Origin: a bacterium
Lineage (GTDB): Bacteria; 4484-113; JAFGCY01
DNA: 64,000 nucleotides
Assembly (NCBI GenBank): GCA_020440605.1
Contig: JAGRNT010000003.1
Coordinates: 90,801-154,800 of the forward strand
Reading direction: 5' to 3'
This document shows positions 20,727 to 30,109 of this stretch, one piece after another; the first letter of the stretch is position 1; every line of letters starts with the position of its first letter. The position numbers were made by a program, and so were the translations under genes. The notes beneath the pieces were generated by a model. That model did not search any database, was not told where the DNA came from, and saw nothing but the letters and a program-made list of their open reading frames with translations.

Positions 20727-23228
20727 CTACTTGTAAACCGTGCCCAGGTTGATGACGTTCTCGCCTTCGGCCTTGTAGGAGAAGATCACACGCTCCCCGG
20801 TGCCGAGCACTGCGAGCTGTTCCACATAGTCCGTACCGTGTTCCAGCAGCACGATCTGCTCACCCCAGTCGAAGCCGTAGACATCGCGGGCTTCCACGTA
20901 GAAGAGGCGCTTGGGAATCGTCGCGAACTCCTCGAAGATGATGAAGGGCAGTCCATTCATCCTGCCTAGTTTCGCGATCCGCGGACGGCCACCCTTGCTG
21001 ACAATCTGCGGCTCTCCCCAGTTGTCACTGGGCTGCTGGTTGCTGAGGTAACTCACGCGTAGCTGGTCGCCGTAGATCGTCTCGCCGCTGTAGCAGGCGA
21101 TGAAGCCCGGACCGGAGGCGATGGTGTCCATCCAGTTGCCGTCATCATTGCCGGAGTCGCCGGCGACAGTCGGAATGCTCCAGGCGATGCCATCCGCATC
21201 GTTGGCCTTTGCACCGTACCAGTTCTGCAGCGGGGCACTCTGCAGGAAGACGGCGGATGGTCCACCCAGGGTGGGCAGCAGCTGGGGGTTGAAGCCGCTG
21301 ACCGGCGAATCGAAGAGCTTGACACCGGGGTTCCAGCTGGTGCCCGTCACATTGCTGCTGCGCAGGTACCAGGTTTCATCACTGCCCGTGCTCTGCATGA
21401 TGATTGCGGGATTGCCGTTGACGATTTCCATGTCCAGCCCGTTGCCCATGTTGATTGCGCCGACCTGGACCGGCGCAGCCCAGGCGCTGCCGTCGCTGCT
21501 GCTGGCACGCATGTAGAGCACGCGGTCCAGCCCGCTGCTGCGGAAGGCCACCGCCGGGTTGCCGGAAACGGTCTGGACGGACAGGGCATTGCTGACGGTG
21601 GACGTGTCGTAGATCTCCGTGGGGTTGGGCCAGCCGTCGCCACGTTCATCGAGGGAGCGCATGAACCACAGGCTCTCGCTGGCGCCGTTGATGAAGAAAA
21701 GCGCGGGTCGACCGGCGACGTCCATCATCTGCAGTCGTGAATTGGCACCGGTCTCCGCCAGCTGGAAGCTGCTGGCACCACGCACCGTCAGTGTGGCGAA
21801 TGCGGATGAGGAATCACCATCCTCGTCGGTGACACGCATCTCGACGTCATAGTAGCCCGGTTCAGTATATGTATGGCTGGCGAAGGGCGTGCTGCCCGTG
21901 TCGTCATCGAAGTTGCCATCGCCGTCGAAGTCCCATTCGAAGAAGTCAATCGTGCCATCCAGGTCCTGGCTGTTGACACCACTCATGCGGATGCTCTGGC
22001 CTGGTGCGATGCTTGTCTGTTCAAGTTCCAGGTCGGCGAAGGGCGGCAGGTTGGCGATCGTCACCAGCACGCTCAGGCCTCCGAGGGCCACGAGCTCACC
22101 ACCCGCATCATGTCCACGCACCCGCGCACGCAGGATCCCTGCGCTGCTGGCCGGCATGAAGTACTGGCTGGCGCTGTCGTCAGTGATCTCGAAGCTGCCG
22201 TCGCCGTCAAAGTCAATGTCGTAGAGATCCGCTCCGGAGACGTTCAGTTCCACCTGCTCCCCGATCTCCGTGAAGCTCGAGCCTGCCGTGATCAGCAGGC
22301 CGCTGCCGGGCTGACCGCTGACAGTGAGCTGCTGCAGTCCACTGAGCGGACCCTCGTTGCCATTGGTATCGAGTGCGCTCACGCCGATGAAGTAACTGCC
22401 GGGCTGCAGTTCAAGCAGATGCCGGGTCGTTCCCTCCAGATATGGCAGCGCACTGACTCCCACGGCGTGGGGGTTGATGAAACCCTGCTGTGACCAGTAG
22501 ATCCGGTAGCCGGCCAGATCACCCTCGGCATTGTCATTCCACTGCAGTTCAGCGGCACCGGATACAGCTGAGGCCGTCAGGCCGCTGACCGCCGCCGGAG
22601 CCTGTTCGTCACCCAGGCTGGCCGGACTGATGGAAACCCCCACCAGTTCGAGGCTGACATCATCGTAGCCGAGCACGGCCGTGAAGCAGTTGCCAAGCCC
22701 GCTGGTATAGTCCGCCGCCGGATCCAGCGGGATGCGCACGTGACTGTCAGTGAACGGGCCGTGCCAGTCCCAGCGCTGAGTGCTGAAGTTTGATACGCCG
22801 ACGTAGTAGCTCGCAGCATTCACTCCGGGAAGCAGGTTCGCATCAGCACTGACAACCCCCGGCTCCTGCCCGGCGAGCACGAAGCGGTGCATTCCCCAGG
22901 CGCTCTCTCCTGGTGTTGCCAACAGGGTCGCGGAGATGTCATTCTTGTCCGAGATTCCAGCGCCCTCTTCCAGTTCCGCTCCTGCGAGGAATTCATCACT
23001 GATGCCAAGTGCACTGGCGACTGCATTGCGCTCAGCCGCAACAAGGCCTGCGCCGTCAAGTGTTTCACCAGGCAGCAGCCTGTCCACTGGAAAGGCGGGC
23101 GGTCCTGACGGTCCGCTTATTGCATCATTGGCTGCTGGTGGATTGACGGCAGTGGTGGTCTGTCCGCCACCGCAGGACATTCCAAGCATTGCCAGGCAGA
23201 GAATGGGTGGAAACAGCAGTCTGCGCAT
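20727..23228 (-). CDS. Lipoprotein, tandem paralog of 18108-20615
   Basis: Same architecture over the full length: RNAVASALG, RWDWHGPFTDSHVRI, LAGYRIY, FEWDFDGDG, GNPAVAF/GNPAII blades. Confidence 0.87.
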   Translation of the reverse strand: MRRLLFPPILCLAMLGMSCGGGQTTTAVNPPAANDAISGPSGPPAFPVDRLLPGETLDGAGLVAAERNAVASALGISDEFLAGAELEEGAGISDKNDISATLLATPGESAWGMHRFVLAGQEPGVVSADANLLPGVNAASYYVGVSNFSTQRWDWHGPFTDSHVRIPLDPAADYTSGLGNCFTAVLGYDDVSLELVGVSISPASLGDEQAPAAVSGLTASAVSGAAELQWNDNAEGDLAGYRIYWSQQGFINPHAVGVSALPYLEGTTRHLLELQPGSYFIGVSALDTNGNEGPLSGLQQLTVSGQPGSGLLITAGSSFTEIGEQVELNVSGADLYDIDFDGDGSFEITDDSASQYFMPASSAGILRARVRGHDAGGELVALGGLSVLVTIANLPPFADLELEQTSIAPGQSIRMSGVNSQDLDGTIDFFEWDFDGDGNFDDDTGSTPFASHTYTEPGYYDVEMRVTDEDGDSSSAFATLTVRGASSFQLAETGANSRLQMMDVAGRPALFFINGASESLWFMRSLDERGDGWPNPTEIYDTSTVSNALSVQTVSGNPAVAFRSSGLDRVLYMRASSSDGSAWAAPVQVGAINMGNGLDMEIVNGNPAIIMQSTGSDETWYLRSSNVTGTSWNPGVKLFDSPVSGFNPQLLPTLGGPSAVFLQSAPLQNWYGAKANDADGIAWSIPTVAGDSGNDDGNWMDTIASGPGFIACYSGETIYGDQLRVSYLSNQQPSDNWGEPQIVSKGGRPRIAKLGRMNGLPFIIFEEFATIPKRLFYVEARDVYGFDWGEQIVLLEHGTDYVEQLAVLGTGERVIFSYKAEGENVINLGTVYK

Positions 23229-23347
23229 GGTCTGGTCCGAACTATGAGAATGGCCAATTCTATTTCACGGCTTGGGCCCGAGTAAAGTCGCAATGCGCCC
23301 TGCATCAGGATCTGCGTGGTTCTGAGCAGATCGGTCCAGCTCCCTCA

Positions 23348-23797
23348 TCAGTTGGCAGAATCGCTGAGCGTGACCGGCAGCTGGCTGATCCAGTCGCGGA
23401 TTTCATCACGGACCCGGCGGTAGATGGCGAGGATCTGCTCCTCGTCATCCATGCCGGAGGCCAGGCTTGGCGGGTCGTCAAATCCCTGGTGGATGATCCG
23501 GCCGGCGGCCGGCCAGTGCGGGCAGGTTTCGTGGGCATGTCCGCAGACGGTGACAACGTAGTCGAAGGCAGGCAGCTCTCCACCCTGCTGCTCCCGGATT
23601 CCGGGAATGCTGCGGCTGGGCTGGCCGGAAATGTCCATCCCGAGTTCCGACATCACCTTGACGGCGCGGGGATTCAGGCCATGGGCCTCCAGTCCCGCGC
23701 TTTCGCTGTGCCAGTCCGGGTGCAGGCTGCGCATGAAGCCCAGTGCCATCTGGCTGCGGCAGGAGTTGCCGGTGCAGAGAAACAGGATGCTTGGCAT
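23348..23797 (-). CDS. arsC: Arsenate reductase, LMW-PTPase/thioredoxin-coupled type
   Basis: [38 protein letters not shown]. Confidence 0.9.
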   Translation of the reverse strand: MPSILFLCTGNSCRSQMALGFMRSLHPDWHSESAGLEAHGLNPRAVKVMSELGMDISGQPSRSIPGIREQQGGELPAFDYVVTVCGHAHETCPHWPAAGRIIHQGFDDPPSLASGMDDEEQILAIYRRVRDEIRDWISQLPVTLSDSAN

Positions 23798-23837
23798 GTC
23801 GGGATGAGTCTAGTGCCTCAGCGTGAAGATTGCGTGA

Positions 23838-24152
23838 TCATTTGGGACGGACATTGCCCTTGAACCAGTGCAGCCAGTTGCCGACGGTATTGCTGAGCAA
23901 CTCCCGCTCCAGGCAGTAGATGCGCTGGCGGCCATCGCGGCGCACGCTCACGAGCCCGCTTTCCTCCAGCTGGCGCAGGTGGCGGCTGGTGGTCGGCCAG
24001 GCGCAGCTGAAGCGCTCGGCAATATCACCGGCGCTCATCTCCCCTCCGCGGAAATGCAGCACCAGCAGGACCTGGCGGCGCAGGGGGTGGGCCAGGGCTG
24101 CCATTACACGATCGAGCTGATCCAGGCCATCCGTGGCGGAGATTTCACTCAC
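23838..24152 (-). CDS. ArsR/SmtB family transcriptional regulator
   Basis: ALAHPLRRQVL...MSAGDIAERF...TTSRHLRQLEESGLVSVRRDGRQRIY. Confidence 0.9.
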   Translation of the reverse strand: MSEISATDGLDQLDRVMAALAHPLRRQVLLVLHFRGGEMSAGDIAERFSCAWPTTSRHLRQLEESGLVSVRRDGRQRIYCLERELLSNTVGNWLHWFKGNVRPK

Positions 24153-24484
24153 AGCGCCAGGTCATTTACATGGATGAAGTCCATCGGGGGCTTCGTGCCA
24201 CGCATCTCCACGAGCGCCCCCATCGGCTCCCAGATCGCCATCACTTCCTGCAGTTCATGCGCCCGGCGGGAGGCATCCTCGGACAGCCACTCAAAGACCT
24301 CGATGAACACGCGGCCGCCGCCCTTCTCATCTCCCTTGAACAACTGCGTGGGACGTGCGGTGACCAGTCCCAGCTCATTGAGCGTGGGCCAGTGCCGGGC
24401 CAGCAGTTCCTCAAACTGCGCATCGGCACCTTCCTTCACCCTGAAGGTGCAGACAACAACGATTCCGGTTCCTGCTGCAGACAT
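24149..24484 (-). CDS. ABM-like dimeric alpha/beta-barrel protein
   Basis: VVCTFRVKEGADAQFEELL...FIEVFEW; AAGGAG SD; ATGA overlap with the ArsR gene. Confidence 0.7.
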   Translation of the reverse strand: MSAAGTGIVVVCTFRVKEGADAQFEELLARHWPTLNELGLVTARPTQLFKGDEKGGGRVFIEVFEWLSEDASRRAHELQEVMAIWEPMGALVEMRGTKPPMDFIHVNDLAL

Positions 24485-24503
24485 GCTTGCTCCTTAGCGG
24501 ATA

Positions 24504-24535
24504 TGCTAATTAATTATTAGCACATTTGCTAATTA
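24504..24535. promoter_or_regulatory. Probable ArsR-family operator (three half-sites)
   Basis: TGCTAAT-TAATT-ATTAGCA-CATT-TGCTAATTA directly upstream of the ABM-arsR operon. Confidence 0.65.
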
Positions 24536-24683
24536 CATTCAAGCTGGATAGGCCATAACATCCGGTTACAGAGTTCCAAGCATGCAGCACAAGTGTTCAC
24601 CAGCTGGAGCAGTCTGACTGGTATCTATGATTATCATCGGAACCGGTACCATTGCCGGCGGGGTACCTGCGTAAAATACAGGT

Positions 24684-25337
24684 ATGTTCCTGACGATGCG
24701 GGGTTACCGCCAGATCCCCAGGGTTTCGCTGGGAATATTGCTAAGCCTAGCTGCGCTGCTGCTGGGAGGCTGCGGATCCGGGGGGCCGAGAAGCCTGTAC
24801 ATCGGAGATGTGGTGCTCAGTGGCAGCGCCATCATTCCCGATCCCGACACTGCTGCCAGCCATCCGGAGCTCGTTGAGCTGCTGAACCGGGTATCCGCGC
24901 AGCGCAATTTCCATCTCGGCAGTGTGGACTTCGTGGAGGGCCAGTTTGAGCCCGACTATTCCGCGATGCAGCTGCAGGATGGCTGGACCTTCAGCCAGGT
25001 GCGCAAGGGCGGCCAGGCCTGGCGTCCCACGGCTCATGGCACAGAACCCGAGAAGCTGACCGGGGAAGGCAGCATGTATGTCTCGGGTCCCTACATGAAG
25101 CTCACCCACGTCATCGAGAGTGATGACCCGGATCTCTTCAACCTGATCCTGCGCGGCCAGTTCAACCGGCTGGAGGCCCAGGAGCACCTGGATGAGATCA
25201 ACCCGCGCAAGGTCAAGAATGCACCGCTGCAGAGCGACACATTCCTTGCGAGTTTCATTCTCACCGGCGCAGTGGATGGCAAGCCCTTCACCCTGGAGTT
25301 TGTACAGTCAATGCGCGCGGAGTTCGGCAAGTACTGA
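24684..25337 (+). CDS. Lipoprotein of unknown function
   Basis: LSLAALLLGGC lipobox; TAAAAT 6 nt upstream of the ATG. Confidence 0.75.
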   Translation: MFLTMRGYRQIPRVSLGILLSLAALLLGGCGSGGPRSLYIGDVVLSGSAIIPDPDTAASHPELVELLNRVSAQRNFHLGSVDFVEGQFEPDYSAMQLQDGWTFSQVRKGGQAWRPTAHGTEPEKLTGEGSMYVSGPYMKLTHVIESDDPDLFNLILRGQFNRLEAQEHLDEINPRKVKNAPLQSDTFLASFILTGAVDGKPFTLEFVQSMRAEFGKY

Positions 25338-25407
25338 TCTGAGTTTACAAAGTTACACAGCCGGAATGGAATAGAGCCATTTCCGGCTGGTTACAGTAAT
25401 ATGGAAT

Positions 25408-26628
25408 ATGGGGGAAAGTCTCATGCTTTCAAGAGAAGAGCTGCGGACAGCGATGTGCTGCCTGACAATGATTTCCACGCTGCTTCTGCAGGCCTGCGGC
25501 CCGCAGCAGATCGGTCCTGGTGAACAACCGTCAACGCAGGTTCTGCGACTTGATACTGCCCGGGTTTCATCCGCGGAAGGAATTGAACTGGCCGATGCCC
25601 AGGCCCGGGTGCAGGCGCTGCTCTCGGACGCCAGCATCCCGATTGACTATGGCTTCGCCGACAACCATCGCAGCATTGATCCCCAGCTGCTGCTGCTGCA
25701 GGGACTGCCGGTCGGGAATGGCACCGTGAACTCCGATCTGGCACCACGCTTCTCTGCTGCAGATGCGCAGCGTATCCGGATCTCTGTCCCGTTCCTCAGT
25801 GAAGCTGCCTATGAGAATGGGGCGGGACGGGATGCCCTGCTGCTTGCCAATGGCGAGTTCAGCCGCAGCGACTGGCAGGCCGGGGCGGAGCATATCTTCG
25901 TTCCGACAATCTCCGGCATGGCGCGCGAGGGCAGCTTCGAGATTGCCTGGACCGTCACGGGCTACCGCGATGGCCAGCAATGGACCGCCCAGGCGACGCA
26001 GCAGGCATACCGCAGCTCACATGGAACCTGGTATGAGGATCAGAGTGGGCTGCTCCCGCACAGCAGCTGGCAGTTCGGCGAGGCGGAGATTGAATCTGAT
26101 GACAGCCCACGTGCTGAAATCGGTGAAACTGTGCAGCATTTGCTTCAGGGCATGCGCCAGTACCGGTTTGACAATCGTCTTCCGGCTGAGATGCGCGGAC
26201 CACTTGAGCAGCTCGGACTGCTGAATAAAGTGGACAGGCTGCAACCACTGCTGGAAATCGGCATTGCGCCCGGGGATGAGGACCTGCAGCAGCAGGTCTA
26301 TTACAGCTCGCAGCACCCGACGCCATTCCTGGGCGGAGGACCGGTCCAGCTGCACTATACTGACACCGGCTCCACGCTGCGGCTGGAGAACATCCTGCCC
26401 CTGCAACTGGTGCTGGCTGACAACAGCATTGCCTATATCAGCAGTATCAGTGCGGATCTGTCCAGGGAAGAGGTGGAATCCGCCCTTGCCAATCCTGAAC
26501 TGTCAGCAAGCGAAACCCTAACGGACAGCGATGCCAGCCTGCCGCTGCTCTGGCAACTTGAGGGCAGCCACGGGGACCGGCCTTTCAGCATGACGATCAG
26601 TCAGTCAAGCTGGATCAGCCTGTACTGA
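25408..26628 (+). CDS. Lipoprotein of unknown function, probably two repeated domains
   Basis: TLLLQAC lipobox; internal AWTVTGYRDG and terminal LWQLEGSHGD...QSSWISLY. Start codon uncertain. Confidence 0.7.
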   Translation: MGESLMLSREELRTAMCCLTMISTLLLQACGPQQIGPGEQPSTQVLRLDTARVSSAEGIELADAQARVQALLSDASIPIDYGFADNHRSIDPQLLLLQGLPVGNGTVNSDLAPRFSAADAQRIRISVPFLSEAAYENGAGRDALLLANGEFSRSDWQAGAEHIFVPTISGMAREGSFEIAWTVTGYRDGQQWTAQATQQAYRSSHGTWYEDQSGLLPHSSWQFGEAEIESDDSPRAEIGETVQHLLQGMRQYRFDNRLPAEMRGPLEQLGLLNKVDRLQPLLEIGIAPGDEDLQQQVYYSSQHPTPFLGGGPVQLHYTDTGSTLRLENILPLQLVLADNSIAYISSISADLSREEVESALANPELSASETLTDSDASLPLLWQLEGSHGDRPFSMTISQSSWISLY

Positions 26629-26736
26629 GCAGGACTGACTGAGTTTCGGTTCCAGTTGTAAATGATATGATTTGCTGTCGAATCGGCCGACAGTCCGAAT
26701 CCCGCCGTAACTGGAATCACTCAAGAGGTGCGCGCC

Positions 26737-29700
26737 ATGAAGCGCTGGCTTTCCCTGTTCATGATCTTGGCAGTCACCTGCCAGCTTGCTGGCTGCTCCG
26801 GTGGTCAGCACAGCGAGCTGCCGGTAGCGGTGCCGGACCTGCAGCAGCAGGCGGCAGGTTTTCCCGCTGGTCTGCCTGAGGACAGGCTGCAGCCATGGGA
26901 ACAGCTTGATGATAATGGCAATGTGATTGCCGTCGCAAGATCCAGCAGTGCCATCAACCGGGACAGTGAGCTCATCGCGGGTGTGGAACGCTTCAGCTCC
27001 TCGGGTAATGTTAGTGACAACGGAGAGGCCAGCCGCATCATCAGCGCCAGCGGCAGTTCTGCGCATGCCCTGTACCGTATCCCACTGGCAGGCGGACAGC
27101 CAGGTGCAGTCAGTGTTGATGCGAACCTGATTGCCGGCAAGGGGTATTTCATCGGTATCGCCGATTATGCGAGTGGACGCTGGCAGTGGCATGGCCCCTT
27201 CACTGACAACCACATCAGGCTCAGCACTGCAGCTTCCGGCCCGCTGGCCAGCCCGCTTGGCAACCTCTTCGTTTCCGTACTGGTACATGATGGAGCTGCA
27301 CTGGACTGCGTCGGTATCGGCTGGAATCCGATGGATCCGCTGGACGTCTCAGCTCCTGCCACTCCGCAGAATGCGGCACTCACGGCACTCGCCGGCGGCA
27401 TCAGGCTGAGCTTTGAGACAGTGCCGGACCCGCAGCTGGCCGGTTACGGAATCTACTACAGCAGGAATTCCTTCATCAACGGCAATGCCGCCGGTGTCAG
27501 GCAGCTTGGATACCTCGAAGGCAGTACCGAACACTTCCTGCCCGCTGCTCCGGGAGAGGAGCTGTACGTGAGGGTCAGTGCCATCGACTTCTCCGGCAAT
27601 CAATCGGCACTCAGTCAGATAGTCAGCGCGACTGCTCTGGAAGGCGGGGTCCCGGACCTGACGGTTACCCTGGACAAACCCAGTGCCATGCTGCAGGAGT
27701 CAGTCAACCTGCAGGCGACTGGAGCGGACAGCTACGACTTCGATCTGGACGGCGATGGCAGCTTTGAGATCCTTGGCAGCAGCAGCGGCAGCATCGCAGT
27801 GGCAACGGACAGGCTGGGAATCATCAGGCCGGCAGTGCGTGGGCATGGCGTGGATGCCAGTGCGGTGGCCCTTGGCAGCGTCAGCCTGCTGATCAGTGGT
27901 AACAACCGGCCCGTGGCAGAGGCAATGGCCAGCCCGGCGACGGGCACTGCCCCGCTGGATGTGACATTCAGCGGCACCGCCAGCACGGACTTCGATGGCA
28001 CGATAGTCGGCGGTGGCTGGGACTTCGATGGTGATGGTACCTATGACGTCTGGGACGACACTGACATAGTGCATGTCACTTCCGCAAACCACACCTATGC
28101 CGCGCCTGGCCTCTACAACGCCCGGCTCAGGGTTGTGGATGATGGCGGGGCCTGGGACGTTGACACCCTCGCGATCCTCGTCAGCTCGCCGGCGGATCCG
28201 GACAACATAGCTCCTACGGCCGACCTGCAGGCCGATCTGAGCAGTGGCGATGCCCCTCTGAGTGTCAGCTTCAATGCCTCCGGCAGCAGTGATCCGGACG
28301 GAAGCATTGTGGAGTACGCCTGGGACTGGGACGGCGACGGTCTCTATGACGCCATCGGCGAGGCTGGCAGTGCGATGCACGTATATGCCGGGCCGGGCAT
28401 ATTCAATGCGACCCTGCGGGTCGAGGACAACCATGGTGCGCGGGACACGGCGAGCATTGAGATCAATGTCAACGTGGCAGGCAATGAACTGCCCAGTGCC
28501 TCCCTGTCCGTTGACAATGAACTGCCTCAGGCGGGGAACATGGTCCGTCTTGACGCATCAGCCTCACTGGATCCTGACGGCAGTATTGCCAGGTATGAGT
28601 GGGACTTCGACGGTGATGGCAACTGGGACGCGAACGGCAGCAGTCCTTCCGCCACGCACACTTTCCTGGCCCGGGCATCCTACAGGGTCCGGCTCCGGGT
28701 GACGGACGACATGGGCGCACAGGCCGAGACAGGGAAAGTGATCAAGGTCTCGCTCGGTCCCTGGTCGCTGCCTGGCTATGACACGATGAACAACCGGCAG
28801 AGTCCCAATCTCGGGGCGCAGACATCGGCCATCAGGTGGTCATACTTGACTCCGAATGTTGTCAGTGGTGAACTGGCGGTGACTCCCGAGGGTACGATCT
28901 ACGCCGGATGCTGGAACGGCAAGCTGTACGCCCTGAATCATGATGGATTCCTTCAGTGGACATACACGAGCGCAGAGGCGATAACTGCGGGAATTGCCCT
29001 TGGGTCGGACGGAACGCTGTACTTCGGCAGTGATGACAACTTCCTGCACGCGGTCCTGCCTGACGGCAGGCGGAAGTGGAGGTTTGCCACGGGGGACGAT
29101 GTCAGGAGTTCACCGACAATCGCGGCGGACGGGACCGTGCTGTTCGGAAGTCTTGACAACAAGTTCTACGCTGTCAATCCGGATGGCACCCTGAAGTGGA
29201 GCTTCACCGCCGGCAACGACATCCTCGGACCCGCTGCCGCAATTGATCCTGACGGCTTGATCTACTTCTGCAGTGACGGGGGCAGCCTGTATGTGCTTGA
29301 TCCGGATGGCAGCCTGGCATGGCAGTACGATCCTCCTTCCGGAGTCAGAGGTGCGCCGGCTATCGACGGCAATGGAATCGTCTATGTCGCCAATGCTGGC
29401 AACCTGCGCGCACTCAATCCCGGGGGCTCGGAACACTGGACATATCAATTGCCATCCGGCGGGTCATACAGCCCATCGATTGCCGCGGATGGAACCATCA
29501 TCTTCGGTTCGAGCTCAGGGATTGTCTATGCGCTGCACCCGGATGGCACCATGAAGTGGCAGTTTCCCATGCTCCAGAGCGCAAGCTCGACACCCGTCAT
29601 CGGTTCAGATGGAACCGTCTACATCGGATCGGCTGACCAGAACATGTATGCGATTGACCAGGATGGTTCCCTCAAATGGAAAATCACCGGTGGTTTTGCA

Positions 29701-29787
29701 TTTCCGGCCGGTGCTGCGGTGATCGGAGCTGATGGCGTCACGTATTTCGGACAGCATGAACATGAGATCTTCGCTGTCGGAAACTGA
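26737..29787 (+). CDS. Large lipoprotein: conserved N module, FN3, three PKD domains, PQQ/BamB-like propeller
   Basis: MKRWLSLF...QLAGC with GAGGTG SD; GRWQWHGPFTD; three WDFDGDG/WDWDGDG PKD motifs; repeated DGTLKW...SSP...DGT+Y units. Confidence 0.88.
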   Translation: MKRWLSLFMILAVTCQLAGCSGGQHSELPVAVPDLQQQAAGFPAGLPEDRLQPWEQLDDNGNVIAVARSSSAINRDSELIAGVERFSSSGNVSDNGEASRIISASGSSAHALYRIPLAGGQPGAVSVDANLIAGKGYFIGIADYASGRWQWHGPFTDNHIRLSTAASGPLASPLGNLFVSVLVHDGAALDCVGIGWNPMDPLDVSAPATPQNAALTALAGGIRLSFETVPDPQLAGYGIYYSRNSFINGNAAGVRQLGYLEGSTEHFLPAAPGEELYVRVSAIDFSGNQSALSQIVSATALEGGVPDLTVTLDKPSAMLQESVNLQATGADSYDFDLDGDGSFEILGSSSGSIAVATDRLGIIRPAVRGHGVDASAVALGSVSLLISGNNRPVAEAMASPATGTAPLDVTFSGTASTDFDGTIVGGGWDFDGDGTYDVWDDTDIVHVTSANHTYAAPGLYNARLRVVDDGGAWDVDTLAILVSSPADPDNIAPTADLQADLSSGDAPLSVSFNASGSSDPDGSIVEYAWDWDGDGLYDAIGEAGSAMHVYAGPGIFNATLRVEDNHGARDTASIEINVNVAGNELPSASLSVDNELPQAGNMVRLDASASLDPDGSIARYEWDFDGDGNWDANGSSPSATHTFLARASYRVRLRVTDDMGAQAETGKVIKVSLGPWSLPGYDTMNNRQSPNLGAQTSAIRWSYLTPNVVSGELAVTPEGTIYAGCWNGKLYALNHDGFLQWTYTSAEAITAGIALGSDGTLYFGSDDNFLHAVLPDGRRKWRFATGDDVRSSPTIAADGTVLFGSLDNKFYAVNPDGTLKWSFTAGNDILGPAAAIDPDGLIYFCSDGGSLYVLDPDGSLAWQYDPPSGVRGAPAIDGNGIVYVANAGNLRALNPGGSEHWTYQLPSGGSYSPSIAADGTIIFGSSSGIVYALHPDGTMKWQFPMLQSASSTPVIGSDGTVYIGSADQNMYAIDQDGSLKWKITGGFAFPAGAAVIGADGVTYFGQHEHEIFAVGN

Positions 29788-29792
29788 TGGAT

Positions 29793-29931
29793 CTAGACCC
29801 GCTCCCGCTTGATTCCGGCAACATGCGTGAAGGCCGCCTCGAGGTCGCGCAGGATGTCATTCGTCTCCTCGAGTCCGCAACTCAGGCGGATTCCGCCAGG
29901 CTCCACGCCGCCTTCGGCCTGCATCTCCGGG
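29793..29931 (-). pseudogene. Displaced duplicate of the last 45 codons and stop of the methionine gamma-lyase gene
   Basis: Gap-free alignment to 32714-32852 (offset 2921). 29817-29931 has 3 mismatches in 115 bp. Translates PEMQAEGG...DLEAAFTHVAGIKRERV*. Confidence 0.9.
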
Positions 29932-30002
29932 AAGATCCACTACTCGATCAATTTGATAGTCGATTGCTCTGGCAATGGACTCGCTGTTTTGCTAGGATAA
30001 TC

Positions 30003-30095
30003 CTGAAGGCTCAGCGGAGACTTACTTCCAATCGGTAAATCAGTTTCCGCGATTTCCTTCAGCTGGACTGACCGGGTTCCACCCGGTCGGTCCGG
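30003..30095 (+). ncRNA. Putative structured RNA upstream of the RING/ROT/TerD gene
   Basis: CTGAAGG(30003-09) pairs with CCTTCAG(30056-62); GCGGAGAC(30014-21) pairs with GTTTCCGC(30043-50); 12-bp hairpin 30065-30093; extended -10 TGcTAGGAT at 29990-29998. Confidence 0.5.
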
Positions 30096-30109
30096 AACCA
30101 GGACCAGAC

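Noticed and set aside
23838-24152. Calling the regulator arsR (arsenite sensor)
   Set aside because: It lacks the characteristic Cys cluster, and arsC has its own -10 box (TAGACT 9 nt upstream); gene symbol withheld.
29787-30038. 83-aa and 63-aa ORFs before the RING/TerD gene
   Set aside because: They are antisense readings of the duplicated megL 3' end running into a promoter and structured RNA.
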